Under the pieces are notes generated by a model. The model saw only the letters and a list, made by a program, of their open reading frames with translations, ran no database searches and was not told the origin of the DNA. Shown one piece after another: positions 9,901 through 17,575 of a DNA stretch of 64,000 nucleotides; positions within the stretch are counted from its first letter, which is position 1; every line of letters starts with the position of its first letter. Location: the IMG/VR virus record IMGVR_UViG_3300042507_004023, one strand, 5' to 3'. A program made the position numbers and the translations under genes. The DNA comes from a virus.

Positions 9901-12900
9901 AGCCCAATAGGAACTCCTGGTCCTGTTGGTGCTCCTGGTCTTAACGCTTCTCCACCAGCAAAATCCCAATATGGCTCAAATCCATAAGAAACGGTTAATG
10001 GATTTAGTTTCCAATCAATAACTGATCCATCGGCTCCAGTAATTTCAATGGTTCTTGGATTTGGAGAACTAATGGCGCATCCCCACTTTTTGGTGTAGGT
10101 ATCGTCTCCAGACCACAGATAGAACCCGTGAACTGAGCCTTTTGGATTACCCGACAAAGAACCTTCAATATACAGATTAACAAATTCTGATGGACTAAAG
10201 AAAGATCCGTCTTGTATTGATGGGGCTACTGCTCCGTATCCGCCACTTCCAGTTCCAACAGTATACGCTTTATTTGAAATGAACGGGATAATTAGCACAT
10301 TATCGTATCCCTTTTCTGCTGCAATTTCTTGCCGCCATTTAACCATTTCGGTTATGGTCAAATTTTGCAGGGCTTTTTCTGCTGCTATATTTTCTGTGGC
10401 AACATAAAAACTAGGCATCCACACATTAACATTTCTTGCATAATTCGTCCATTGTTCTTTCCACAGTTTTAAAGCGTGGTCACGATACTTGGTTCCGAAT
10501 CTAACATCCAAAATACCTAATCCGCTTGCTTTTGATGATTGGGGATCGTTAGTATCCAAAGTATCTCTGCCGTCCCAACGGCAATCGGGGCATGTTGGTG
10601 AAGGCACATAACTCTTATAATCAACGGACTTGCCATCAATTATTCTTGTTAAGGTTTCAAACTTTGAACTTCTAGCGTCTCCACTAAATCCTGGATAATC
10701 GTGATATTTCAAAATGTTTCTTGGAACTGCGTATGGCTGCCCGTAGTTTGCAAACAGGGCGTTTGGAAATTTTTGTTGCAATCCGTCAAAAGTTAGTCCA
10801 TCCGCACCAGTTCCACCAACAAATATCGGAATCATATACTTGTTCATTATAAAATTGCCGACCGAATTTGGATCATCTGGATTTGCTCGTCCTACACTGC
10901 TAGAAAAAATTGGATCCCAGGTTTCATTATTCATTGCGATCAGATTGTCATACTCGAAAGTGTAACGATTATCCCCTAAACGCAAAGTTCCTGCGCCAGA
11001 AATTCCATTCCAGTCTGGCTTAATATCTCCAAGCAAAGACGAGACAAATTTATCCATTGCTGCTTTAGAGGTATTTGTAAGCCCGTGTGTTCCTGCAACT
11101 ATACCTTTAAAAGCACCAACTTTAGGATAATGGCTGCTTGCTTCTGAATCCCAATTTGTGAATCGGTTGTATTGTAGTGTGATGTTATCCGCGTAAGATG
11201 TTTTATCTTCAGAAGTGTCTGAATTATTCAAGTTCTTTGCCAATGGGCTTAAAGAACCAATTGCCTTTACGGTTTGTGTTTCATCAATTCCAATCACTTC
11301 TCCGTTTTCATTTCTCAAGTAATAATCCAAAGTAATATCTGTTCCTGTAGACAGATTTTTTTGAGGGGTTAGATTTGAAACACTCTTGCTATTATCAGTC
11401 TTTAGTTTTTCTAGATCCTTATATCCTTGAAGAGTGAAAACATTATCATAATAAATTTTTGGCAAAAATGCGGATTGTCCTACAAGTTTATTTTGAGGAG
11501 TCAAAAACTCTTGAACAGATTGTGGTTCATAGTAGGTTTGAGTATACGGTTTAACTGGATTGTAATTCAGGGTTACATATCGTTCTCCTGAAGTGAATCC
11601 TGTCGCCCAATCTGTTCGATTTGCGGTGCTACCTTCTGTCCACTCTGCCCAATAGCCAGTATAACCGCTATTATTAGAAGAAATTCCAAAAGGAAACTCT
11701 CTGCCTGCTCCCAAATCATTCAAGAATTCGTTCTTTAGATCGTAAGGAATTCTAGCCGTAACTGAACCACGAATCTTGCGATTCGGGTGCTGATATACGA
11801 TCCAGAAAGGATCTGCGTTTTGAAAGTTTGCTGTTCTCAGAGGAACTAGAGGATTTTGGAATGCTCGGTTAAATGTTACGGGATTTCCTATAGACTTTAA
11901 ATATTCCTTTGAGGAAATTCCATCAAGCCCCGCAAGAGCAACATCACCGAAATCTATTATCCCGTTTTCATCAAGATCATTTCTTATAATCTGATTGTGA
12001 ACTGTTGGATCGTAGCCAGCCAAAAGTCCTGTGTTTGGATCCGTAAACCAGTTTGAAAGATCGTCGTAAGTTTTGAATGTATACGGTGCGTAGTGACCAA
12101 TAATCGGCACTTCGTATTCCACAAGAGATGTGCTGTTCTGCAAATCTGCAACAGCGCAACGCTTAATTTGAACTTTACCAAAGAACGCAAGACCTGCTGG
12201 ATTTAAAAGTCTCTTTAAAACATCACGATAACGATCAACAGTAACTTCACTTAAAATAACATATGAAAAGTTTTGATAGTAATGATTGTCTTGAATAACT
12301 TTATTGGTGCTTAATCTGCCGTCGTTGTTGGCGTAATAACCTTGGTATTCCGCCATTCCATTAACAGTAACAGAACCAACAAATCCGGTTCCTGCTTCAG
12401 ATTCAATTGTTATTGCGGGAGCAACCTTGTAATTAACACCATAATTATCAATCAAAATTTTTCTGATTTTACCCAAAGCGTCAACTTCAGCAACACGAGC
12501 AGAGGCTTTAACACCAGTATCTCCTTCAGCAGAGGCAAAAATAACACGATCTCCTGCTTTATACCCGCTTCCGCCGTTTGTTATTGTGATTTTTCCAATA
12601 ACAGAGAAAACTCGGTTTTCTTTACGCAAAATACCAGTTTTGTCTGTAAATTCTATGCCATCATAGCCTGCCGCAAATTGACCATTTACTCCACCCAAGA
12701 AAAGTTCAGCAATATCATTAGTTCCAACTCGATATGTGCTAACTTCAATGACTCGTCCACTTGCAGCAATATCTCCGTTCGCATCTCGTTGAACTACTGT
12801 TGCGCCAATAGAATCAAAAATAGCATTTCCTATATTGTTACTCGTCTTTATAGAACGACGGACAACCCACTTTCCGTCTGAAAGTTTCATAATATCATTC

Positions 12901-13292
12901 TTGGGATAATAGAATTCTACGGAAGTATCAAACAGAATTCTAAACAAGAAATCGTAGGTTTTTTCGGTTCCTTTTGCTCGGTAAAATCCCTTGATGTTTT
13001 TCATCAATTTTACAGGATCTACAGGCTTTTTGGTTGTCTCGGATACCGCTAGTTTTTCTGGAAACCCAAGAAGATATTCATTCTTAAAATATGAAATGAA
13101 TTCTTCTAGTGTAGAGTCAACATCAATAACGCTAGCAAGTTTCTTTGGAGATCGTAGGAAGGTGTTATCCGAATCTAACCACTCATAGTAAGCCGTAAGA
13201 AAAGCAACCAGAGTTGGATGGTCAACCCTTACAAATTCTGGTAATTGTCCTGCTATGAATGGTGATGTAGGATTAAAGTTTTTGTCTGTCAT
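3930..13292 (-). CDS. gp7: Giant gp7-like baseplate wedge initiator (3120 aa) with large inserted domains and Cys-rich repeats
   Basis: N-terminus QLPEFVRVDHPTLVAFLTAYYEWL...KNIKGFYRAKGTEKTYDFLFRILF and GRLSTNKVIQDNHYYQNFSYVI...LLNPAG match gp7-type proteins; lies between gp6 and gp8; single uninterrupted ORF. Confidence 0.8.
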   Translation of the reverse strand: MTDKNFNPTSPFIAGQLPEFVRVDHPTLVAFLTAYYEWLDSDNTFLRSPKKLASVIDVDSTLEEFISYFKNEYLLGFPEKLAVSETTKKPVDPVKLMKNIKGFYRAKGTEKTYDFLFRILFDTSVEFYYPKNDIMKLSDGKWVVRRSIKTSNNIGNAIFDSIGATVVQRDANGDIAASGRVIEVSTYRVGTNDIAELFLGGVNGQFAAGYDGIEFTDKTGILRKENRVFSVIGKITITNGGSGYKAGDRVIFASAEGDTGVKASARVAEVDALGKIRKILIDNYGVNYKVAPAITIESEAGTGFVGSVTVNGMAEYQGYYANNDGRLSTNKVIQDNHYYQNFSYVILSEVTVDRYRDVLKRLLNPAGLAFFGKVQIKRCAVADLQNSTSLVEYEVPIIGHYAPYTFKTYDDLSNWFTDPNTGLLAGYDPTVHNQIIRNDLDENGIIDFGDVALAGLDGISSKEYLKSIGNPVTFNRAFQNPLVPLRTANFQNADPFWIVYQHPNRKIRGSVTARIPYDLKNEFLNDLGAGREFPFGISSNNSGYTGYWAEWTEGSTANRTDWATGFTSGERYVTLNYNPVKPYTQTYYEPQSVQEFLTPQNKLVGQSAFLPKIYYDNVFTLQGYKDLEKLKTDNSKSVSNLTPQKNLSTGTDITLDYYLRNENGEVIGIDETQTVKAIGSLSPLAKNLNNSDTSEDKTSYADNITLQYNRFTNWDSEASSHYPKVGAFKGIVAGTHGLTNTSKAAMDKFVSSLLGDIKPDWNGISGAGTLRLGDNRYTFEYDNLIAMNNETWDPIFSSSVGRANPDDPNSVGNFIMNKYMIPIFVGGTGADGLTFDGLQQKFPNALFANYGQPYAVPRNILKYHDYPGFSGDARSSKFETLTRIIDGKSVDYKSYVPSPTCPDCRWDGRDTLDTNDPQSSKASGLGILDVRFGTKYRDHALKLWKEQWTNYARNVNVWMPSFYVATENIAAEKALQNLTITEMVKWRQEIAAEKGYDNVLIIPFISNKAYTVGTGSGGYGAVAPSIQDGSFFSPSEFVNLYIEGSLSGNPKGSVHGFYLWSGDDTYTKKWGCAISSPNPRTIEITGADGSVIDWKLNPLTVSYGFEPYWDFAGGEALRPGAPTGPGVPIGLNGKPRVSWLITSGKQGGNPWWGGSLAPVWPTASAPARLTGKTPKTQARMNLLSYEAFLDGMTGQTGAQFVFDKPEKYAYLKTKYPSFFEKTRDLPEWGSIKEYTFRIKKFSANGANSVNLSMAPGTTFAFNYRTVNPLSSTPIRSRDGVGVTGDIISNPLFNSLTGSATVFSYPDGRSYQDKGWNTADRIGYVKRVQAIDANTVEIGVEPFFFVGQPQFTQEAGNDVALWTPAVPFGSRTDTGYWGVDGATHGFTSGNAPYSTCLGASNPVTGDAQLKALDLQKDPSYANQRPRWVNLGFPGDIISFGAIGATFELVSNVSVSGDFPRISKSEVDNVFALTDKINYTQIEAALNYWNQKYNNPKTTDFAFEYDVIGDSWYAYGPGDRIIINGWTPPKPGTSNCSNSVIKPNISVITNDNDGTMEVNYTYTNTCSEEKIIDWLDTPSLNLGDSIEYYDTKLYGATGSPIGTYRTITRNGSVQSARYPDILYSPIHLAKTKFEGACCEQNNFAVSMSVVGYQPEVYGHDISLVVFPPQDNPAVAMSVAANQNYKAYVDRYSFQFATQNESQLYDSAKIPAGETRTYKVVVKFNTIPISQNLIGGKSLIEQDVNLQDAAAFETLSVYKDFLDSKYPHSYIPDYRPVKGVHFGYEHLVNLSSPTASNYNPYGWDTIQTKSAQAGGYPNVVGMSGPVNYVKDQIEKKGWDRVMIWTPSGAAASGNYPVRAVSHWDEPDRIWTTPLGATFSITNNMDDGVSLFKSMIDALDDDKQVGFWFGNSLKYQTEFGGTLYPFGSTGYDDQLILDQLDRVANITINSRGVSKGMIGLDAWHPSNAPNEVSYIGAESIRNSYLSLYEGQIKYVTESRNSDYMHRKDATYLDLFNASNGNRNVTKSFGLANYLTPDHETWVGCNWYSSNDPALRGFGGDPTRANDRDVARGTVIKELIDMGYVPVVFDEIDRAYIFGGDPGPTACTGCDCCQFGCFTLGGLYDCLGCSGCPGCTGCPATGPTCSGPSCCGTTANGNACWNTFLGVYDCEGCSGLGGCTGCPSIPQDPCDSCHPGIPCLNIMTGLLDCEGCSGCFGCTGCGITAPATGCALCSSVNLCHTVDGIYDCAGCSGCHGCTGCPQGPTGATGCNLCRSDAPCWTLSGIYDCEGCSGCFGCLGCTTTTPCIGCECCTGGCFNKATNLYDCEGCSGCFGCTGCGITGVSAGATSCTGSGGTACCGTTGSGTLCYNIVTGIYDCVGCSGFNGCTGCGITGSLTGCALCSQENPCFTIDGFYDCQGCSGCWGCLGCSITGATSCTGCGCCSTSVTGGCYNIVTGLYDCEGCSGCFSCTGCPVTGGCTGCECCLTGGYNRITGLLDCEGCSGCYGFTGCGVTAPATGCDRCSQVNPCFTMDIPTGYDCEGCSGCWQCTGCPVTGPTCSGALCCGTTANGFACWNTFLGVYDCLGCSGFGGCTGCAITGASAGPTGCAACSTWEGLPCYNIVSGMYDCAGCSGCHSCTGCSAVVVDPGCTGCSCCSPIFDCFSITGSYDCAGCSGCYNCEGCKTKYTKCSQCTVADCTVGTLNYDFCVDCGCGTIYTSCEECTQLDCDSITVNTKFCRNTCGCVPTTVLCDECVKNDCNGIRCRTECDECIYDGPGKYTNCNQCLQGDCDYPSSINYEFCVSCGCEQSYTLCSQCTPSDCDNQYSINNSFCRDCGCTPSISCSDCVANGCVSEGCDVCADCPTQQEYDNCGQCLPIDCYAEYRVNHTYCVETCNCELGQTGSTSGETGDNGPILALTTLGSRVDYSEFRKITLRSFLEMPVGPEFNCKDQEVLTPPVPQVKVVTVNGKSVDIPEWSTDTQYVVDSEPGSRSMNIQLDGVLISSGELAGLSTLLYLSYYSAISLWADLSVVDETGKEYQMASVGPFPTSANSINILYPFVNPDNPNSEPGAITLGRGTVGSPFSWRGNQYPNTNCVYRLKLYFRNVSNAIITGSETVKEFNYQLT
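4620..5258 (-). repeat. Coding Cys-rich repeat family II in gp7: 7 modules of 6 Cys
   Basis: Five long modules such as YTKCSQCTVADCTVGTLNYDFCVDCGC and YTNCNQCLQGDCDYPSSINYEFCVSCGC, plus two short ones (LCDECVKNDCNGIRCRTECDEC; SCSDCVANGCVSEGCDVCADC). Confidence 0.9.
5259..6989 (-). repeat. Coding Cys-rich repeat family I in gp7: 14 modules with core [Y/L]DCxGCSGCxxCTGC
   Basis: 14 copies counted in the translation; 120 Cys in 577 aa. Confidence 0.95.
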
Positions 13293-13300
13293 GGCTCATA

Positions 13301-15253
13301 TTAATACGGGAATGGTGCGCCAGTTTGCTGATTGATTGTGGGAACCGAGTCGAGTTCCACATTAAAATTTGATTTACTGTAGTCCAAAACTATGATTTGA
13401 TTACGCAAAGACTGTATATCGGATTTTTGAGGAATAACGGTTATTTTTATTTCAGAATCGGTTCTTGGTTCAATGTATTGTGGGTTGAAGTTATTTAGTG
13501 TGATGATACCAGTATTATAATTTATCTTGCCTATTTTGGTGTTGATATACACCTTAGTGGTTCCTTCAATTTTATAAATTCTGATATTACCGTAACCGTC
13601 GTCGTCAAGATAAGCATCAACGACCGGCTTAACTACCGCTGCGTTTGTTTGATCTTGGTATCCAAAAGCGGACGAGGAAACAATAGAAGTAAATCCGTCT
13701 ATAGGATGAAGTAAAGGATTATTAAATCGAATAGTATATGGAGAAGGTTTACCTAAAAATGGTTCAATTCTCTTTTGCAGACGAATTGAAAGATTAGTTC
13801 CTGTGATGGATTTGTTTGAATTGTCTACCAAAGAAGACAGTTTGGATGCCTTGAAATTTCTACCAAACTTGTCCAAATTTGCGGTTTCAAACGATTCAAC
13901 TGCCAGTTTAATTTGAGCGGCAAGTCCTGCGGGGCTTAAATTTGTTCTAGACGGATCGTAAGCGGAAAGAGAGTCAATTTCCAGATAAATGTAATCAGGA
14001 TCCACAATTTCTGGTTGAATTGTGACTAGATTTCTTTTGCCCAATACACTCTTTTGAATGGCTAGTTTTTCAAGAATTCCTATCTTGCTTCCATTCTTGG
14101 GCTTGATTGATATGAAAACTTTACCGTATTGTGGCGGATCATTTTCTTCCCCACCCCACACAAAGAATGAATCCACGCCTTCGCTGAACTCTTTTACCAA
14201 TATGGTTTTATAATCTTCAACTGTTACTGCTCGTTCTTGAGCCTGATAATTTCTTGGCGCGTAATACTTGATTGATTCAATGCTTTCTGGTAAGGTTCCA
14301 CCATAAGAAACAGTTGGATTCCCGTCCGGATCTGAGATGGTGGATACGCCATACGATGGAGATCCAGTTGAATCCACCTTTTGAACATATGGTGCTAGCA
14401 CTCCAGAAACATAGGAGAAAGTTCTGCAATTATTTGCAAGTTCTCCGTTTGTAAGCAGATACTCCACGCTAATCACATTTCCATTTTCTAGGGCTTTGCC
14501 TACTATCCCGTCTCCGAAGTAAATTTCAAAATTTCCATCCTCGGTTTCTTGCAAGAAATACACTAGCGAATCCGAGTTTAGCCCATTCACATCAGTTGCT
14601 TTGTTCCATATGTTTATCAGTCCTGTTGTATCTGTTACTGACTTTTGGATTCGGACTCTTAGAGTATCCACATCAATATTATTACTTGGAAGAATGAATC
14701 GTTGGGTTGGGTCAAAAGAATTTACAACAAAGGTGTATGTTCTGAGAGTTCCCTCATAAGCCTTAACATTCTTAACTGTAGCAATTCCACCAATCATATC
14801 CACTTTGTAATCATCCAAAACAACAAAGTTAAAGAAACGATTTCCTGGCAGGGTTGCTCGGAAAATATCACCTCGGTTAACAAAGGCATTACCTTTTCTT
14901 ACACGATCCTCGACCGTTTCTCCATTGGTGTTTGTTATAGTTTGTGTTCCAAATTTAACATCCAAAAATATCTTGGAGGCTTTAACCGATCTTGGTGTAT
15001 ACCCTAGTTGCTTGGCAATAGAAACTGTGCTTGAACGAAGAGCGGACGAATCCAAAAAGGCTTCATTCGCAACCATGTTTGCATAAAACGACTGGTAGTG
15101 TGTGTTGTAAGCAAGAAGATCTAGTATGATGTTCATACCCGATCCTTCAAAATCAAAATCTTTAAACTGATCTTGAGAACGAAGATAGGTCTTCAGGTTT
15201 GACTTTATTGCATCAAAGTCTAGGCCGTCAATTCTTAGGTTGGTGTTGCTCAT
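13301..15253 (-). CDS. gp6: Baseplate wedge subunit gp6
   Basis: LDFDAIKSNLKTYL..QDQFKDFDFEGSGMNIILDLLAYNTHY; AQERAVTVEDY; WGGEENDPPQYGKVFISIKP; DDDGYGNIR. Confidence 0.95.
   Translation of the reverse strand: MSNTNLRIDGLDFDAIKSNLKTYLRSQDQFKDFDFEGSGMNIILDLLAYNTHYQSFYANMVANEAFLDSSALRSSTVSIAKQLGYTPRSVKASKIFLDVKFGTQTITNTNGETVEDRVRKGNAFVNRGDIFRATLPGNRFFNFVVLDDYKVDMIGGIATVKNVKAYEGTLRTYTFVVNSFDPTQRFILPSNNIDVDTLRVRIQKSVTDTTGLINIWNKATDVNGLNSDSLVYFLQETEDGNFEIYFGDGIVGKALENGNVISVEYLLTNGELANNCRTFSYVSGVLAPYVQKVDSTGSPSYGVSTISDPDGNPTVSYGGTLPESIESIKYYAPRNYQAQERAVTVEDYKTILVKEFSEGVDSFFVWGGEENDPPQYGKVFISIKPKNGSKIGILEKLAIQKSVLGKRNLVTIQPEIVDPDYIYLEIDSLSAYDPSRTNLSPAGLAAQIKLAVESFETANLDKFGRNFKASKLSSLVDNSNKSITGTNLSIRLQKRIEPFLGKPSPYTIRFNNPLLHPIDGFTSIVSSSAFGYQDQTNAAVVKPVVDAYLDDDGYGNIRIYKIEGTTKVYINTKIGKINYNTGIITLNNFNPQYIEPRTDSEIKITVIPQKSDIQSLRNQIIVLDYSKSNFNVELDSVPTINQQTGAPFPY
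13492..13499 (-). promoter_or_regulatory. Possible internal late promoter ACTAAATA for gp7
   Basis: Matches the window's late motif ~200 nt upstream of the gp7 start, but lies inside gp6 coding sequence and could be chance. Confidence 0.35.
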
Positions 15254-15639
15254 CGTGTCCTCTCTAACAGTATATTGGTTTCCAAAACTTGGGGTCTATT
15301 TGCGATTGTAAACTTGATGTTTAAGGTGACTGAGTTTTTGTCAGGCTCCGCATAAAAACCAACGGCTAGATTATTTACTCGGGGTTCATATTTTCGTATT
15401 AGTTCTTCAATTTGCCCTTGCAATACACTATAAACAACGGGGCTAGGATTTTCAAACAGTAAATCTTGAATGCCTGAAGACACTTCGGGATGAAATGGCT
15501 TTTCAAATCTACGAAGCAAAATCAAATTTCTAAGACTTCTTTTAACAGCATCCTCATTGATTTTGATGGTTACATCTCTATCAATATAATTTGGCTGAAA
15601 GTTCAGGTCTAAATCAATGAAATAGTTTTTACTTGCCAT
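15250..15639 (-). CDS. gp25: Baseplate wedge subunit gp25
   Basis: DLDLNF...NEDAVKRSLRNLIL..RFEKPFHPE..SGIQDLLFE...IRKYEPRV...LERTR. Confidence 0.93.
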   Translation of the reverse strand: MASKNYFIDLDLNFQPNYIDRDVTIKINEDAVKRSLRNLILLRRFEKPFHPEVSSGIQDLLFENPSPVVYSVLQGQIEELIRKYEPRVNNLAVGFYAEPDKNSVTLNIKFTIANRPQVLETNILLERTR

Positions 15640-16270
15640 TGTTTTTCCTTAACATTTCTAGTTCTATAAAAGAACGATATTGTTCCATTAGTCGTTTAGC
15701 ATCATCTGGATCATCAGGCAACATCATTATGTCATTCCATTCTAATCGTATAAATCCAACATACAGTTCACCTTTTCGTATTGGCAGAACAGAGAACGCC
15801 TGAATGTTTTTTGAATCATTATAAGTTTTTAAAGCACTTTCAACAGGCAGAGATCTGGTGAATCTTATCTTTGAATCATTTTGCTTTAGCATTTGGATCA
15901 TATCACTAAACAAGGTGGTTAAAACTGCTTGAAGAAACGGATACTCCATTGATACACCAGGATTGCAAGTTTCGTGGGTGACACTAAACCGCTTCATCGG
16001 AGAACCCTCCAAGAATTTTCCTCCGTTATGAAACTGTGCGATTTGTGCTCGGTCTGCGCTCATTTGAATTCTTAAAGACACCAACATATCGTAAATGTTG
16101 TTGTGTTTAATTTCGCTAGGAGATATCACATCAAGAATTTCTTCTTCTGTTTTCATTTTGGCATACTTATTTTTAATGTAGGTTACACCCATCATTATGC
16201 CACCCATAACGGCAGCAATGCCCACACCCACATTTGTCCAAAATTCTAAATTTACCGCTGAAAGAATCAC
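15629..16270 (-). CDS. Single-pass membrane protein with globular C-terminal domain (possibly T4 holin T-like)
   Basis: Start revised to GTG 16270 (GGAGGAGG just upstream; removes the overlap with PAAR). Hydrophobic VGVGIAAVMGGIMMGVTYI followed by KNK, then ADRAQIAQFHNGG...RFSVTHE. Confidence 0.5.
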   Translation of the reverse strand: MILSAVNLEFWTNVGVGIAAVMGGIMMGVTYIKNKYAKMKTEEEILDVISPSEIKHNNIYDMLVSLRIQMSADRAQIAQFHNGGKFLEGSPMKRFSVTHETCNPGVSMEYPFLQAVLTTLFSDMIQMLKQNDSKIRFTRSLPVESALKTYNDSKNIQAFSVLPIRKGELYVGFIRLEWNDIMMLPDDPDDAKRLMEQYRSFIELEMLRKNNGK

Positions 16271-16274
16271 TACT

Positions 16275-16577
16275 TTACCCTCCTCCACAGTAAACATTAC
16301 TGCTTCCTCTTGCCATTGCGGAACCACAACCCACAGGGTCGCCTATACGCATTCCCTGACGACTATTCACAAAAACTTGAGAAGATCCTTTTACACTGAT
16401 GGAAATATGAATGGGATGATCGTCATCGCATCCGTGGGCATGGGGCCCTAATCCATCGTATTGACGATGCCAACCTTTGCTGTTTACAAATACATTGTTC
16501 GACCAAGCGATAACTTGGCGTGGTGGGTGGCAATCGTGCCCGCTACAAATATCCCCTCGTGTGCTTACTCCAGGCAT
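16275..16577 (-). CDS. gp5.4: PAAR spike-tip protein (gp5.4-like)
   Basis: RGDICSGHDCHPP, VFVN, RIGDPVGCGS...GSSNVY with His/Cys metal ligands; downstream of gp5. Confidence 0.92.
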   Translation of the reverse strand: MPGVSTRGDICSGHDCHPPRQVIAWSNNVFVNSKGWHRQYDGLGPHAHGCDDDHPIHISISVKGSSQVFVNSRQGMRIGDPVGCGSAMARGSSNVYCGGG

Positions 16578-17575
16578 TAGTCGAAATATCCTCTCCTTTT
16601 CATACCCAAAAGGTATTCTCGGTTTGTAACGGGTTTCCCGTCTAAAAAGAATTGATTATCAATATTTAGGATCAAACGATCACGATCCGAAGACCAGTTG
16701 TTTGTTATAGTCATAGTGAATTCTCGGTCATTGAAAACTCTAGGATCACGGGCGTTAAATGCTCTTATTGTGAACCTAACCGTATTAGTTGCAGGTATTC
16801 CGTTTGAAAATGAAGATGAAGATCCAAAGGTTGCGTAGTTTTTTTCTGTAATTCTAAAGTCAGGCGGTAGTCTCCACCTCTCTATAAAGTAGTCTTTACT
16901 GTTTGGATCACCCGGATTATCAGGCAAATCCATCTCAGAAATAAAACCAGAAGCAACGCCAGTTTCCATATCAAGCACTAAATCTGGAGGAAATTCTCCT
17001 CCAACTACCATGTATTTGATGTCACAGCATTCGTTGCAGGTATATCTCATCTCATACCTAGACGCATAAACACCAACTGTGGATGTGGTTGCGGGGCCAG
17101 GTGAAGGATAGGCGTAGAATGCAACTCTTTTACTTTCTTTTGATATGGTCTGCAATTCTCGAAACGAACCAAGATTTGAATTAACATTTGCAAACGGAAA
17201 ACTGCTTACTCCGTTTGCACCACCAAATAAAATCAAACATCCTGCTCCAGAATAAGATTGAGAAGTGCTTGTGACAAGTTCGCCCCCTGCACCACCCGAA
17301 GCCCCGTAGGTGGTAAATCCGGTAACTCCAACAGCACGACATCCCGTGCCCTCTTGTATCTTAACGCCATCTATGGAATATGGGCCATTTGGATAGTAAA
17401 ATTCGGGAGGTCGCATTCCTTTATGGTTGTATTTTCCAAGCCAACCTGTCCATTCCACAGAACCTGTATTACTGTAAGACTCAGAGCCATCACTAATATG
17501 ACATTCCGCAGGAATCGAGTATATTAAATTGTATGGGCTTTGAGTGTAAGCACCAACAGATCTAAATCTTGGCAT
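16577..17575 (-). CDS. Hypothetical baseplate-associated protein, probable Ig-like domain
   Basis: YMVVGGEFPPDLVLDMETGVASG...FTIRA resembles putative-Ig (He_PIG-type) repeats; translationally coupled to gp5 and PAAR. Confidence 0.5.
   Translation of the reverse strand: MPRFRSVGAYTQSPYNLIYSIPAECHISDGSESYSNTGSVEWTGWLGKYNHKGMRPPEFYYPNGPYSIDGVKIQEGTGCRAVGVTGFTTYGASGGAGGELVTSTSQSYSGAGCLILFGGANGVSSFPFANVNSNLGSFRELQTISKESKRVAFYAYPSPGPATTSTVGVYASRYEMRYTCNECCDIKYMVVGGEFPPDLVLDMETGVASGFISEMDLPDNPGDPNSKDYFIERWRLPPDFRITEKNYATFGSSSSFSNGIPATNTVRFTIRAFNARDPRVFNDREFTMTITNNWSSDRDRLILNIDNQFFLDGKPVTNREYLLGMKRRGYFD
16663..16670 (-). promoter_or_regulatory. Possible internal late promoter CCTAAATA for the PAAR-gp25-gp6 block
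   Basis: Late motif 86 nt upstream of the PAAR start, inside coding sequence. Confidence 0.35.

Noticed and set aside
4061-12881. Many short ORFs overlapping gp7, including 119-, 123- and 179-aa antisense ones
   Set aside because: Shadows of a long coding frame; no SD or promoter context and no recognisable motifs.
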